NCBI GenBank assembly: GCA_045105515.1
Contig: JBGCDR010000212.1
Coordinates: 1 to 22,232 of the forward strand
Length of the DNA: 22,232 bases
Reading direction: 5' to 3'
Source: Oligoflexales bacterium
Lineage (GTDB): Bacteria > Bdellovibrionota_B > Oligoflexia > Oligoflexales > Bog-1112
In this document: positions 8,855-17,987 of the stretch, piece by piece
Numbering within the stretch: position 1 is the first letter of the stretch
How the letters are laid out: every line of letters begins with the position of its first letter
Notes under the pieces: model-generated
Seen by the model: the letters and a program-made list of their open reading frames with translations, nothing else
Databases searched by the model: none
What the model was told of the DNA's origin: nothing
Program-made: the position numbers and the translations under genes

Positions 8855-9250
8855 TCAAAAGTGTTTGCAAATGATTTTAAGGGCATCTACATAGGTAAAA
8901 ATCCCTAGTATTTTCATCGAAAAATCAGCGATCACAGTAGAGCCAATTTGTTGAACAGCCATAGTTTCGCAAACTTTTTTTAAGCTGGTTTCAGGAGGAA
9001 CCCAAAAAGGATCTGCAGTCATCACGTCGCTAGCACATGCCTGATCTATATTGACATTCTTTAATCCTGAGACAAAAGTCAAATCACGTTCTGAGATGAT
9101 TCCGATTAGCTTTTCCTGCTTTAAAACCGGGATGTGATTGATCTGATGTTCGGCCATGAGCTTTTTCACAATTTTTATGTTATCACCAACGTCAACCGTC
9201 AATGGTATCTTAGTCATAAACTGTTCGATTGATTGCTCACTCATGCTCAT
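8855..9250 (-). CDS. CBS-domain pair protein
   Basis: FMTKIPLTV, INHIPVL..LIGIISERDL, DVMTADP and LGIFTYVDAL form two CBS repeats. ATG 9250 is preceded by AGAGGA. Confidence 0.88.
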   Translation of the reverse strand: MSMSEQSIEQFMTKIPLTVDVGDNIKIVKKLMAEHQINHIPVLKQEKLIGIISERDLTFVSGLKNVNIDQACASDVMTADPFWVPPETSLKKVCETMAVQQIGSTVIADFSMKILGIFTYVDALKIICKHF

Positions 9251-9297
9251 GATATTTCCTCTCATTTATATCTGCTAAGTATTTTTATTGGTCCCAT

Positions 9298-9356
9298 AAT
9301 CCCTAAATTTAGCTGAAATAACAGGGATTTTGTGTTATATAGACATCCATATGGAT
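9298..9356. promoter_or_regulatory. Inverted repeats in the divergent CBS / kynurenine-operon promoter region
   Basis: AATCCCT-N18-AGGGATT (9298-9329) and the perfect palindrome ATCCATATGGAT (9345-9356). The function is inferred only. Confidence 0.4.
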
Positions 9357-9446
9357 TTAATTAAAATCTAGCCATAATCAAGGTCGTTAGTAAAATCTAT
9401 GCTGCTAGGGCAGTGATTTTACTCCTTGGGAAATAGGATAATTTAT

Positions 9447-10235
9447 ATGGACTTAAATCTAAATGGCAAAAATGCTTTGGTATGCGGTAGCAGTCAAGGA
9501 ATTGGTAAGGCGGTTGCAGAAGAGTTAGCAAACTTGGGAGCGAATATTGTTTTATTCGCTCGCAATGAATATTCCCTTACTCAAGTTAAAAGTGGATTAG
9601 ATCGTTCCAAAGGGCAAGAACACAAGGTTCTTGTTGCAGATTTCGCTGATCCTAAGCAGGTTGAAACTGTGATACAAGGACACCTCAAAGATAATCCCCC
9701 CATTCACATCCTTGTGAACAATACGGGAGGACCAGCTCCGGGACCAGCTCATCAGGCTGTTGAGGATGCTTATCTTTCCGCTTTTAAGCTCCACCTTATA
9801 ACTAACCAATTGCTTGTGCAAAGCCTCTTACCAGGCATGAAATCAAGTTCCTTTGGCCGAATAATAAATATAATCTCTACATCAGTGAAGCAACCTATTG
9901 ATGGCCTTGGGGTATCGAATACCATCCGCGGGGCGGTGGCCAATTGGGCTAAAACCCTTGCCAACGAATTGGGCGAATATGGAATTACAGTAAATAATGT
10001 ACTTCCTGGTGCAACTCAGACAGTACGTTTACAAAATATCTTGGAATCTAAGGCTAAAAAACAGGGCAAAGCCTTAGCGCAGCTCGTGGAAGAAGAAAAA
10101 GCAAGAATCCCACTCAAGTGTTTTGGAAAAGCAGAAGATCTTGGAGCAGCAGTGAGTTTTTTAGCTTCCCCAGCAGCATCTTATATAACTGGAATCAATC
10201 TACCAGTAGATGGTGGACGTACCTCTTGCCTCTGA
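9447..10235 (+). CDS. Short-chain dehydrogenase/reductase (atypical active site), first gene of the kynurenine operon
   Basis: CGSSQGIG Rossmann motif, ILVNNTGGP, GITVNNVLPG and ITGINLPVDGG. The catalytic YxxxK is replaced by SNTIR. ATG 9447 follows AGGA. Confidence 0.9.
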   Translation: MDLNLNGKNALVCGSSQGIGKAVAEELANLGANIVLFARNEYSLTQVKSGLDRSKGQEHKVLVADFADPKQVETVIQGHLKDNPPIHILVNNTGGPAPGPAHQAVEDAYLSAFKLHLITNQLLVQSLLPGMKSSSFGRIINIISTSVKQPIDGLGVSNTIRGAVANWAKTLANELGEYGITVNNVLPGATQTVRLQNILESKAKKQGKALAQLVEEEKARIPLKCFGKAEDLGAAVSFLASPAASYITGINLPVDGGRTSCL

Positions 10236-10289
10236 ACTTATTGGTGGATCTATTCTGGCATAGCAGTGTTTTTCTTTGGGAGCAAAAAC

Positions 10290-11732
10290 ATGCAGAAAAT
10301 TGATAATTACATAAATGGTGAGCTAGTTCCACCTAAGAAAGTTGATTACCTCGATAATTTTAATCCAGCTACTGGTGAAATTTATAGTCAAGTTGCAAAC
10401 TCCTCTTCATTAGACCTGGAAGATGCAATTGTTGCTGCCTCAGAGGCATATCCAGCTTGGTCTGGTAGTTCCAATGATGAGCGCAGTGCTTTAATTAGAG
10501 AACTTGCAGATGAGGTAGGAAGGCGCTCAGAGGCCTTAGCAATGGCAGAGGTTCAGGATACGGGAAAACCGCTAAGTTTGGCGATGAGTGTCGACATTCC
10601 TCGAGCAGCAAGTAATCTCCGATTTTTTGCCAATGCGATCACTCAATTTTCGTCGCAATCCCATAGTATGGGAGGCCTTGGACTAAATTATACCTTACGT
10701 GATTCACTTGGGCTTGTGGCTTGTATTTCGCCATGGAACCTACCCCTTTATTTGTTCACATGGAAAATTGCCCCAGCTCTTGCTGCAGGTAACTGTGTGA
10801 TTGCAAAACCATCTGAGATTACGCCTATGACTGCGTATTTGTTCTCGCAAATATGCTCAAAAGTCGGACTTCCAGCAGGAGTTCTTAGTATTTTACATGG
10901 GGCGGGCAGTGAAATAGGAGCAAAAATTTGTGCTCATGATGCAGTTAAAGCCATCTCTTTTACAGGTGGTACCCAAACAGGTGCTACCATTGCTTCTATG
11001 GTTGCTCCAAAGTTTAAAAAAGTGTCATTGGAATTAGGAGGTAAAAATCCTTGTTTAGTGTTTGCTGATTCCAATTTAGAAGATGTTGCAAACCAAGTCG
11101 TTAAGGCGGCCTTTACCAACCAAGGTCAAATATGTCTGTGCGCATCCAGGATTTATGTGGAGAAGAAAATTTATGAAGAATTTTCTGAACTTCTAACAAG
11201 TAAAACTAGAAATCTAAAGGTCGGAGATCCCCTAGAGGAAAATACTAATATGGGTGCACTCATTTCAGCTTCGCACCTCCAAAAAGTTCAGGCCTATGTG
11301 GACAAAGCGGTTGAAGAAGGGGCGAAGATCCTAGTTGGAGGTTCAAGCTTTCGACCATCTGGACGTTGTATTCAGGGTAGTTTTTTTGAACCTACTATTT
11401 TAAGTGGAGTTTCTCAAAATAGCTGCGTAAACCAAGAAGAAATCTTTGGTCCAGTCATAACTTTACAACCCTTTGCTGATGAAAAAGAGGCACTGCAACT
11501 AGCAAATGATAGCAAATACGGACTTTCTGCAAGTATTTGGAGTCAAGATCTTAGCCGATGTCATCGTTTAGCTAAAAATATAGAAGCAGGAATTGTTTGG
11601 GTTAATAGCTGGATGTTACGAGATTTGCGGACTCCTTTTGGAGGCTATAAGAGCTCTGGTTTAGGTCGTGAGGGGGGCCTGGATGCTCTGAATTTTTTCA
11701 CCCAAAGTAAAAATGTTTGCATAAAATATTAG
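10290..11732 (+). CDS. 2-aminomuconate 6-semialdehyde dehydrogenase (ALDH8/HMSDH family)
   Basis: [55 protein letters not shown] and [12 protein letters not shown], plus operon context. ATG 10290 follows GGGAG. Confidence 0.88.
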   Translation: MQKIDNYINGELVPPKKVDYLDNFNPATGEIYSQVANSSSLDLEDAIVAASEAYPAWSGSSNDERSALIRELADEVGRRSEALAMAEVQDTGKPLSLAMSVDIPRAASNLRFFANAITQFSSQSHSMGGLGLNYTLRDSLGLVACISPWNLPLYLFTWKIAPALAAGNCVIAKPSEITPMTAYLFSQICSKVGLPAGVLSILHGAGSEIGAKICAHDAVKAISFTGGTQTGATIASMVAPKFKKVSLELGGKNPCLVFADSNLEDVANQVVKAAFTNQGQICLCASRIYVEKKIYEEFSELLTSKTRNLKVGDPLEENTNMGALISASHLQKVQAYVDKAVEEGAKILVGGSSFRPSGRCIQGSFFEPTILSGVSQNSCVNQEEIFGPVITLQPFADEKEALQLANDSKYGLSASIWSQDLSRCHRLAKNIEAGIVWVNSWMLRDLRTPFGGYKSSGLGREGGLDALNFFTQSKNVCIKY

Positions 11733-11743
11733 AAGGGGAAAAT

Positions 11744-12268
11744 ATGGCAGAGTTAATCATGCCACCTATTAACTTTAAGAAATGGATTGATGAGCATAGA
11801 CCGCTTTTGAAGCCACCAGTTTGCAATAAGTTGGTTTTTGAAGAAAATGGTTTTTTTATTATGGTGGTTGGAGGGCCGAATTCTCGTAAAGATTATCATT
11901 ATGATGAGGGACCGGAGTTCTTTTATCAGATTGAAGGAGACATGCTCCTGAAGACCATCCAGAAAGGTAAGGTGGTGGATATTCAAATTAAGGAGGGAGA
12001 AGTTTTTTTGCTCCCTCCACAAGTACCGCATTCACCTCAGAGATTTGAGAATACAGTGGGACTTGTCATAGAACGTCGTCGCACTAATTCGGAAAAAGAC
12101 GGGCTGCAGTGGTACTGTGATTACTGTACCAATCTATTATATGAAGAATATTTCACCTTAAAGAATATCGAAAAAGACTTTCCACCTGTGTTTGATCGTT
12201 TTTTCTCAAGTCAAGATTATCGTACCTGTAATAAATGTACTCACATCATGCCTTGCCCGGGGGAATAA
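11744..12268 (+). CDS. nbaC: 3-hydroxyanthranilate 3,4-dioxygenase
   Basis: [39 protein letters not shown] and rubredoxin-like CDYC/CNKC. ATG 11744 follows AGGGG. Confidence 0.96.
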   Translation: MAELIMPPINFKKWIDEHRPLLKPPVCNKLVFEENGFFIMVVGGPNSRKDYHYDEGPEFFYQIEGDMLLKTIQKGKVVDIQIKEGEVFLLPPQVPHSPQRFENTVGLVIERRRTNSEKDGLQWYCDYCTNLLYEEYFTLKNIEKDFPPVFDRFFSSQDYRTCNKCTHIMPCPGE

Positions 12269-13281
12269 TGGATCTGACCATTGATATTCATACCCACATT
12301 CTTCCTGAAAATTGGCCAAATCTCAAAGAAAAATATGGGTATGGGGGATTTATTCATTTGGATCATCATCGCTGTGGCTGTGCTCGGATGATGATGGATA
12401 GTAAATTTTTTCGCGAAGTTCAAGCTAATTGTTGGGATCCAAACCTTAGGATAGCTGAGTGTGATACTCAAGGGGTCCATGTCCAAGTCTTATCCACGGT
12501 TCCCGTGATGTTTTCTTACTGGGCCAAGCCTGAACATACTCTTGACCTTGCAAAACTACTGAATGACCATATTGCTGGACTTGTGAATACTTATCCAAGT
12601 AGGTTCCTTGGTCTTGGAACCATTCCTATGCAGGCTCCAGAACTCGCTATTAGAGAGTTAGAGCGTTGCATAAAGGAACTAGGTTTAAGTGGCATACAGA
12701 TTGGATCGCATATTAATGATTGGAATCTAAATGCTGAAGAATTATTTCCTATTTTTGCTGCTTGTGCTGACTTAGGTGCCACCGTTTTTGTCCATCCTTG
12801 GGATATGATGGGCAAGGATCGTATGGCTCAGTACTGGCTGCCATGGTTAGTTGGAATGCCCGCAGAATCTTCTTTGGCAATCTGTTCGATGATATTTGGT
12901 GGGGTCCTTGAAAAGTTACCAAACTTAAAAATAGCCTTCGCCCATGGAGGAGGTTCCTTTCCGGGGACTGTTGGGCGCATCGAACACGGATTTAATTGTC
13001 GGCCTGATCTCTGTGCGGTAGATAATCCAAAAAATCCCCGTGAGTACCTTAAAAAGATCTATGTGGATTCCCTAGTTCATGATCCTGCTCAACTAAGGTT
13101 TATCGTCGATATGTTTGGAGCGGATAGAGTAGTCTTAGGCTCTGACTATCCATTTCCGCTTGGAGAAGCAAAACCAGGAAAATTAATAAAGACTTGCGGA
13201 TTTGATGATGCCACCACTGCAAAACTATTGCACGAGAGTGCTTTACAACTTCTCGGAGTTTCGAAGGAACGGTTTGTATGA
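12268..13281 (+). CDS. nbaD: 2-amino-3-carboxymuconate 6-semialdehyde decarboxylase (ACMSD)
   Basis: [41 protein letters not shown] and [15 protein letters not shown] stop/start overlap with nbaC. Confidence 0.95.
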   Translation: MDLTIDIHTHILPENWPNLKEKYGYGGFIHLDHHRCGCARMMMDSKFFREVQANCWDPNLRIAECDTQGVHVQVLSTVPVMFSYWAKPEHTLDLAKLLNDHIAGLVNTYPSRFLGLGTIPMQAPELAIRELERCIKELGLSGIQIGSHINDWNLNAEELFPIFAACADLGATVFVHPWDMMGKDRMAQYWLPWLVGMPAESSLAICSMIFGGVLEKLPNLKIAFAHGGGSFPGTVGRIEHGFNCRPDLCAVDNPKNPREYLKKIYVDSLVHDPAQLRFIVDMFGADRVVLGSDYPFPLGEAKPGKLIKTCGFDDATTAKLLHESALQLLGVSKERFV

Positions 13282-14096
13282 TCGACAACTTGTTTTGCCT
13301 TATCGAAAATAAAAAATACTTGGTTAAGCTAGTAAATGCTCAGCATATTAGCATTCCCCTAAATTTCAGTGGGGAGCAGCCAAGTCTTTATGCTGCCCCT
13401 AGAGCTGATGCCCAGGTATTCGAGAGCGGTGGGTTTGTAGGGTCGACTGGTTCTGGGGGAAGCTGCAATGTCGCTCATATTAGTTTGGTCCCTCATTGCA
13501 ATGGAACCCATACTGAGTGCATAGGTCATATTAGCAATAAGGTCGAAGCCGTCCATGATTGTCTGCAAGACTCTTTAATCGCTTCGACTTTGATCTCTGT
13601 AAATCCGATCCTGGCAGGTAATTCTCAAGATGAATACTTACCGAACAAAGAAGACTCCGACCTTTTGGTGACCCGTGATAGTTTAGAAGAAGCCTTATTT
13701 TCGGTCAGTGAATCGTTTGTTCAGGCTGTTATTATCCGTACCCTTCCGAACCCAATCAGTAAAATGGGTGCTACTTATGGGCCTAGTTTGCAGCCTGTAT
13801 TTCTATCTTTCGATGCAATGAAATACCTTGTGAGTCGCAATGTTAGGCATTTGCTCGTAGATTTTCCTTCTGTTGACAAGATGTATGATGAAGGCAAGTT
13901 GAACAATCATAATTATTTTTGGGGTCTTGTTGGGAATGCAGTATATCCTGAATATCGGAAGACGATTACAGAAATGATTTATGTACGTAACGAAATCGCT
14001 GATGGAAAATATTTTTTGAATTTACAGATTCCAGCATTCAAGTCTGATGCAGCTCCCAGCCGACCAATTCTCTATCCGATTGAGGAGGATTTATGA
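13278..14096 (+). CDS. kynB: Cyclase-family metal hydrolase, probable kynurenine formamidase
   Basis: [13 protein letters not shown] metal motif, [16 protein letters not shown] and DAAPSRP. ATGA overlaps with nbaD and kynU. Confidence 0.8.
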   Translation: MIDNLFCLIENKKYLVKLVNAQHISIPLNFSGEQPSLYAAPRADAQVFESGGFVGSTGSGGSCNVAHISLVPHCNGTHTECIGHISNKVEAVHDCLQDSLIASTLISVNPILAGNSQDEYLPNKEDSDLLVTRDSLEEALFSVSESFVQAVIIRTLPNPISKMGATYGPSLQPVFLSFDAMKYLVSRNVRHLLVDFPSVDKMYDEGKLNNHNYFWGLVGNAVYPEYRKTITEMIYVRNEIADGKYFLNLQIPAFKSDAAPSRPILYPIEEDL

Positions 14097-15370
14097 ATTT
14101 TGAAAGTGGTAAAGCCTTTGCACAGAAATTAGATGAGCAAGATCCGTTAAAAGATTATCGGCAAAAATTTTATATTCCCAAGCAACAAAATGGGGATGAT
14201 GAATATTACTTTTGTGGAAACTCTCTAGGATTACAGCCTAAGAACTGTTTGAAATTTCTCGAGCTTGAGTTAGAAAAGTGGCAACAGCTTGGGGTTAAGG
14301 GGCATACCCATGGTGAATACCCATGGATGCCTTATCATGAGTTTCTCCTTGAAGATTTAGCTATGCTTGTAGGAGCCAGGCCAGAAGAAGTGGTTCCGAT
14401 GAATTCATTGACTGTGAACCTGCATTTGATGTTGGTGAGCTTCTATCGTCCCACTTCACATCGTTATAAAATACTTATAGAAGACCATGCTTTTCCTTCT
14501 GATCAATATGCTCTCGCTTCGCAAATTAAATATCATGGTTTTGCAGAGGATGCGCTGATCCGTCTCAAGCCAAAATCTAGATCGACCCTCTTGACAAAAG
14601 AGGATTGGCTTGAGGCTATAGAACGCGAAGGTGAACAGATTGCACTAGTTCTTTTACCAGGGGTTCAATATTACTCTGGTCAGATAAGTCCAATGAAGGA
14701 AGTGACTTTGCTAGCACAACAGCGTGGTTGCAAAGTTGGAATAGATCTTGCTCATGCTGTAGGTAATATTCCCTTAAGTCTTCATGATTGGCAAGTGGAT
14801 TTTGCGGTCTGGTGCCACTACAAGTATCTAAATAGTGGCCCAGGAGCGGTTGGTGGATGTTTTATTCACAAGAAGCACCATAATTCAAATTTAACTAAGT
14901 TTGCAGGTTGGTGGGGCCATGACAAGAATAGTCGTTTCAAGATGCGAAGCGAGTTCAAGCCAAGTGCCTCTGCTGAAGCATGGCAGCTATCAAATCCGCC
15001 TATTCTAGCTATGGCAGCAATTAGAGCTTCAATGCAAGTTTTTAGAGAGGTTGGGGGCATGGAGCCTCTACGTCAGAAATCGTTGAAAATGACTGCTTAC
15101 TTAGAGTTTCTCTTGCAGTCGAAGCTTGCAAATAAGTTGAATATTGTCAGCCCAACTGATCCTGAAAAACGCGGTTGTCAATTGTCACTAGAGCTATGTA
15201 CAAATCCAGGCGCTTCAAAACAGGTTTATGGATACCTAAGTGAAATGGGTGTCACAAGTGATTGGCGAGAGCCTAACGTGATGAGAGTTGCACCAGTTCC
15301 TCTCTATAATTGTTTTATGGATGTTTATAAATTTGTTGAACTTCTTGAAGAGAGTATGTCTCATGTCTGA
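14093..15370 (+). CDS. kynU: Kynureninase
   Basis: YFCGNSLGLQP, MNSLTVNLHL, FPSDQY, DLAHAVGN, WCHYKYLNSGPG (PLP Lys), GWWGH, SNPP and RVAPVPLYN. Confidence 0.97.
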   Translation: MNFESGKAFAQKLDEQDPLKDYRQKFYIPKQQNGDDEYYFCGNSLGLQPKNCLKFLELELEKWQQLGVKGHTHGEYPWMPYHEFLLEDLAMLVGARPEEVVPMNSLTVNLHLMLVSFYRPTSHRYKILIEDHAFPSDQYALASQIKYHGFAEDALIRLKPKSRSTLLTKEDWLEAIEREGEQIALVLLPGVQYYSGQISPMKEVTLLAQQRGCKVGIDLAHAVGNIPLSLHDWQVDFAVWCHYKYLNSGPGAVGGCFIHKKHHNSNLTKFAGWWGHDKNSRFKMRSEFKPSASAEAWQLSNPPILAMAAIRASMQVFREVGGMEPLRQKSLKMTAYLEFLLQSKLANKLNIVSPTDPEKRGCQLSLELCTNPGASKQVYGYLSEMGVTSDWREPNVMRVAPVPLYNCFMDVYKFVELLEESMSHV

Positions 15371-16715
15371 TCGTGAAATTACTTTAGTTGGTGCTGGATT
15401 AGTCGGTTCTCTCTTATCAATTTTTTTAGCTAAAAGAGGTTTCAATGTCTCTGTTTATGAACGTCGGCCTGATTTAAGAAAAACTGAGATATCAGCTGGT
15501 AAGTCAATCAATCTTGCACTTGCAAATCGGGGAATTTTCCCTCTAGAACAAGTAGGACTGATGGATCGAGTTCGCAAGATCATGCTACCTATGCGTGGGC
15601 GTATGATTCATGATGAACAGGGGAACACTAGTTTTCAAGCTTACGGACAAAAAGATCACGAAGTTATTTACTCAATATCACGAGGCCAGCTCAATGCTTT
15701 GCTCCTGGATGCTGCTGAAGAAACAGGTCAGGTTAAATTCTTTTTTAAGCATCAATGCAAGCAGGTTGATTTTTCAAATAAGCAGTTGAATTTTCTCGAC
15801 GGTGTTAAGGGAGAATATAAAAGAGTTGAATTTAAACATGTGATAGGAACTGATGGTAGTAGCTCAGCTGTCAGAAAGGGGATTTTATCGCAAAAGGGTG
15901 AACAAAATTCTCAAGAACCGCTGGGTCATAGCTATAAAGAGCTATGCATGCCTAAACGGCCTGATGGAAGCTTTGCTATGGAAGCTGACGCATTGCATAT
16001 TTGGCCCAGAGGAGAGTATATGCAGATAGCTCTTCCAAACTTAGATGGAAGTTTTACTGTTACACTCTTTATGCCAAGTGAAGGAAATTTTGGCTTTTCA
16101 GGTATTGATTCTGTTTCAAAACTCAGGGCTTTTTATAAAGCAAATTTTAGTGATGCGTTACCATATTTGCCTGGACTCTGTGATGAATATTTCAATAATC
16201 CTACCGGAAGTTTAGTTACCGTGAGGTGTAAACCTTGGTTTTTTGAAAACAAAGGTCTAATTCTAGGGGATGCCGCTCATGCAATTGTACCCTTCCATGG
16301 ACAGGGAATGAACTGCGGATTCGAGGATTGTTTGGCCCTAATGGAATGCATGGATGGGTCGGATTCCTGGGAGGAGGTTTTTAGATCCTTTGAATTACTG
16401 CGTAAACCCAACTGTGATGCAATAGCAGACCTAGCAATTTCAAATTACCTTGAAATGCGCAAGACTGTGAGAGATCCTAAGTTCCAACTAAAGAAACAGT
16501 TAGCCTTTCAGTTGGAAGAGCTTTATCCAAATATTTTTATCCCTCAATATTCAATGGTTATGTTTCATCGAGTGCCATATTTGCGAGCTAAACAGATTGG
16601 TCAGGTCCAGGAAAAAATCCTAGAACAGTGTGTCGAAGGAGTAGACATTCCTGAAAGAATTGATTTTGCGATGGCATGCCGCTTGGTAGAAGAAAACCAA
16701 TTGAGTCTCAATTAG
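15363..16715 (+). CDS. kmo: Kynurenine 3-monooxygenase
   Basis: GAGLVG FAD motif, GKSINLALANRG, YKEL, ALHIWPRG, IALPNLDGSFT, GDAAHAIVPFHGQGMNCGFED and NYLEMR. ATG 15363 overlaps the kynU end. Confidence 0.96.
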   Translation: MSDREITLVGAGLVGSLLSIFLAKRGFNVSVYERRPDLRKTEISAGKSINLALANRGIFPLEQVGLMDRVRKIMLPMRGRMIHDEQGNTSFQAYGQKDHEVIYSISRGQLNALLLDAAEETGQVKFFFKHQCKQVDFSNKQLNFLDGVKGEYKRVEFKHVIGTDGSSSAVRKGILSQKGEQNSQEPLGHSYKELCMPKRPDGSFAMEADALHIWPRGEYMQIALPNLDGSFTVTLFMPSEGNFGFSGIDSVSKLRAFYKANFSDALPYLPGLCDEYFNNPTGSLVTVRCKPWFFENKGLILGDAAHAIVPFHGQGMNCGFEDCLALMECMDGSDSWEEVFRSFELLRKPNCDAIADLAISNYLEMRKTVRDPKFQLKKQLAFQLEELYPNIFIPQYSMVMFHRVPYLRAKQIGQVQEKILEQCVEGVDIPERIDFAMACRLVEENQLSLN

Positions 16716-16746
16716 AGAAAAGAGTATCCTCATGATTTTTTTCCGC

Positions 16747-16775
16747 TTGACAGCTCGTTGTACGCTGGATAATTT
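16747..16775 (+). promoter_or_regulatory. Putative sigma70 promoter
   Basis: Perfect TTGACA (16747-16752), 17-nt spacer, TAATTT (16770-16775). Alternative -10 is GATAAT at 16768-16773 with a 15-nt spacer. Confidence 0.55.
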
Positions 16776-16844
16776 GACCTTAAAGGGTAAAAATTTAGGT
16801 GTCTAAAAAACCTAAGTTCACCATAAACACGCGGTATAAAAAAA

Positions 16845-16940
16845 ATGTCTGTAAATAAAAAAAGCAATAGTAGTGTCTTATTCATTCTTTCCCAAAATGA
16901 CTTCTGTCTTGCTTCTGCCCTTTCTTGTTGTTGCTGTTAA
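16845..16940 (+). CDS. Putative poly-cysteine leader peptide, 31 aa: MSVNKKSNSSVLFILSQNDFCLASALSCCCC
   Basis: ATG at 16845, ending TGT TGT TGC TGT TAA. Lies between the promoter and the EamA gene. No clear Shine-Dalgarno (A-run upstream). Too short for the supplied ORF track. Confidence 0.4.
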   Translation: MSVNKKSNSSVLFILSQNDFCLASALSCCCC

Positions 16941-17073
16941 TTTTTGAAATATTTTCCAAGTAAAAATTTTTTAACTAGCCTCTAGCGTTGTGCTTGCTTA
17001 AATATTTTTTGATGCCAAGTGCTCAAAAGTCGAGCTGCGCATTACTAGAGTCTTAATTTGAAGAAAGCTGTTT

Positions 17074-17979
17074 GTGAAGCCTCTTAATGTGTCATTAAAT
17101 GTATATAAGAGTATCTTGTGGGTCTTGTGCTGGTCATTAAGTTTTAGCTTGATGATGGTCTTAATCCGTAAGCTTGAGGATCGGGTTAGTATCCCCATGT
17201 TAGTTTACATAAGGCTTATATGTGGATTCTTGTTTTTCCTTCCTTATTGCTTTAGTTTTGGACTTGCAAACCTTAAAACTAGCAAGGGTAGCTTTCATCT
17301 CTTAAGGGTTCTTCTTTATACCGGCTCAATGTTATTGACATTCTACGCTTATGCCCATTTACCAATGACCACTGCAACTAGTATTGGATTCTCGGGGCCG
17401 ATTTTAACCTCTTTTCTATCTATTTTTTTATTGGGAGAACGGGTTGGTAGGCTTCATTGGTTGTTTATTCTTCTTGGGTATGGTGGGGTACTTGCTTGCG
17501 TTGGGCCTACGAGCATCGCTATGAGCACGGCTGTTGTCTCTTCAATACTTGCTAACTTACTTGCAAGTTTTAGCCTTATTGCGATGAAAAAACTTACCCA
17601 GACAGAAAATCTACCGAGGATCATGTTTTGGGCTAACTTTTTCAGTATCATATTACTCAGTTTTGGAGCTCCTTTTTTCTGGCAAGCACCAAGTAGTGAA
17701 GATTTATTGATCCTTATTTCGCTAGGGGTAATTGGAGTATTTTCACAATTTAGCTATATCAAAGCTTTAGTAAATGGAACGCCAGCCTTGGTAGCTCCCT
17801 TTGAGTTTTCTAGGCTTTTATTTGCAGTCCCGATTGGCCTGTTTTATTTTTCGGAGCCTTTTCATATTTGGACTTTTTTTGGTGGTGTTTTGATCATTGT
17901 TGCTAATACAGGCATTGCCCTCTTGAGTCAAAAAAACAATTTAGCAAATAGTCAACCAGTCCACGCTTTAGAGTCTTAG
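17074..17979 (+). CDS. EamA/DMT-family transporter (about 10 TM, two EamA repeats)
   Basis: About ten hydrophobic segments. FYAYAHLPMTTATSIGFSGP, LLGERVG..HW, QFSYIKAL and VAPFEFSRL..GLFYFSE. GTG start. Confidence 0.9.
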   Translation: MKPLNVSLNVYKSILWVLCWSLSFSLMMVLIRKLEDRVSIPMLVYIRLICGFLFFLPYCFSFGLANLKTSKGSFHLLRVLLYTGSMLLTFYAYAHLPMTTATSIGFSGPILTSFLSIFLLGERVGRLHWLFILLGYGGVLACVGPTSIAMSTAVVSSILANLLASFSLIAMKKLTQTENLPRIMFWANFFSIILLSFGAPFFWQAPSSEDLLILISLGVIGVFSQFSYIKALVNGTPALVAPFEFSRLLFAVPIGLFYFSEPFHIWTFFGGVLIIVANTGIALLSQKNNLANSQPVHALES

Positions 17980-17987
17980 GTGAGTGT

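Noticed and set aside
16998..17198. 66-aa minus-strand ORF over the EamA start
   Set aside because: Antisense overlap with EamA and no coding features.
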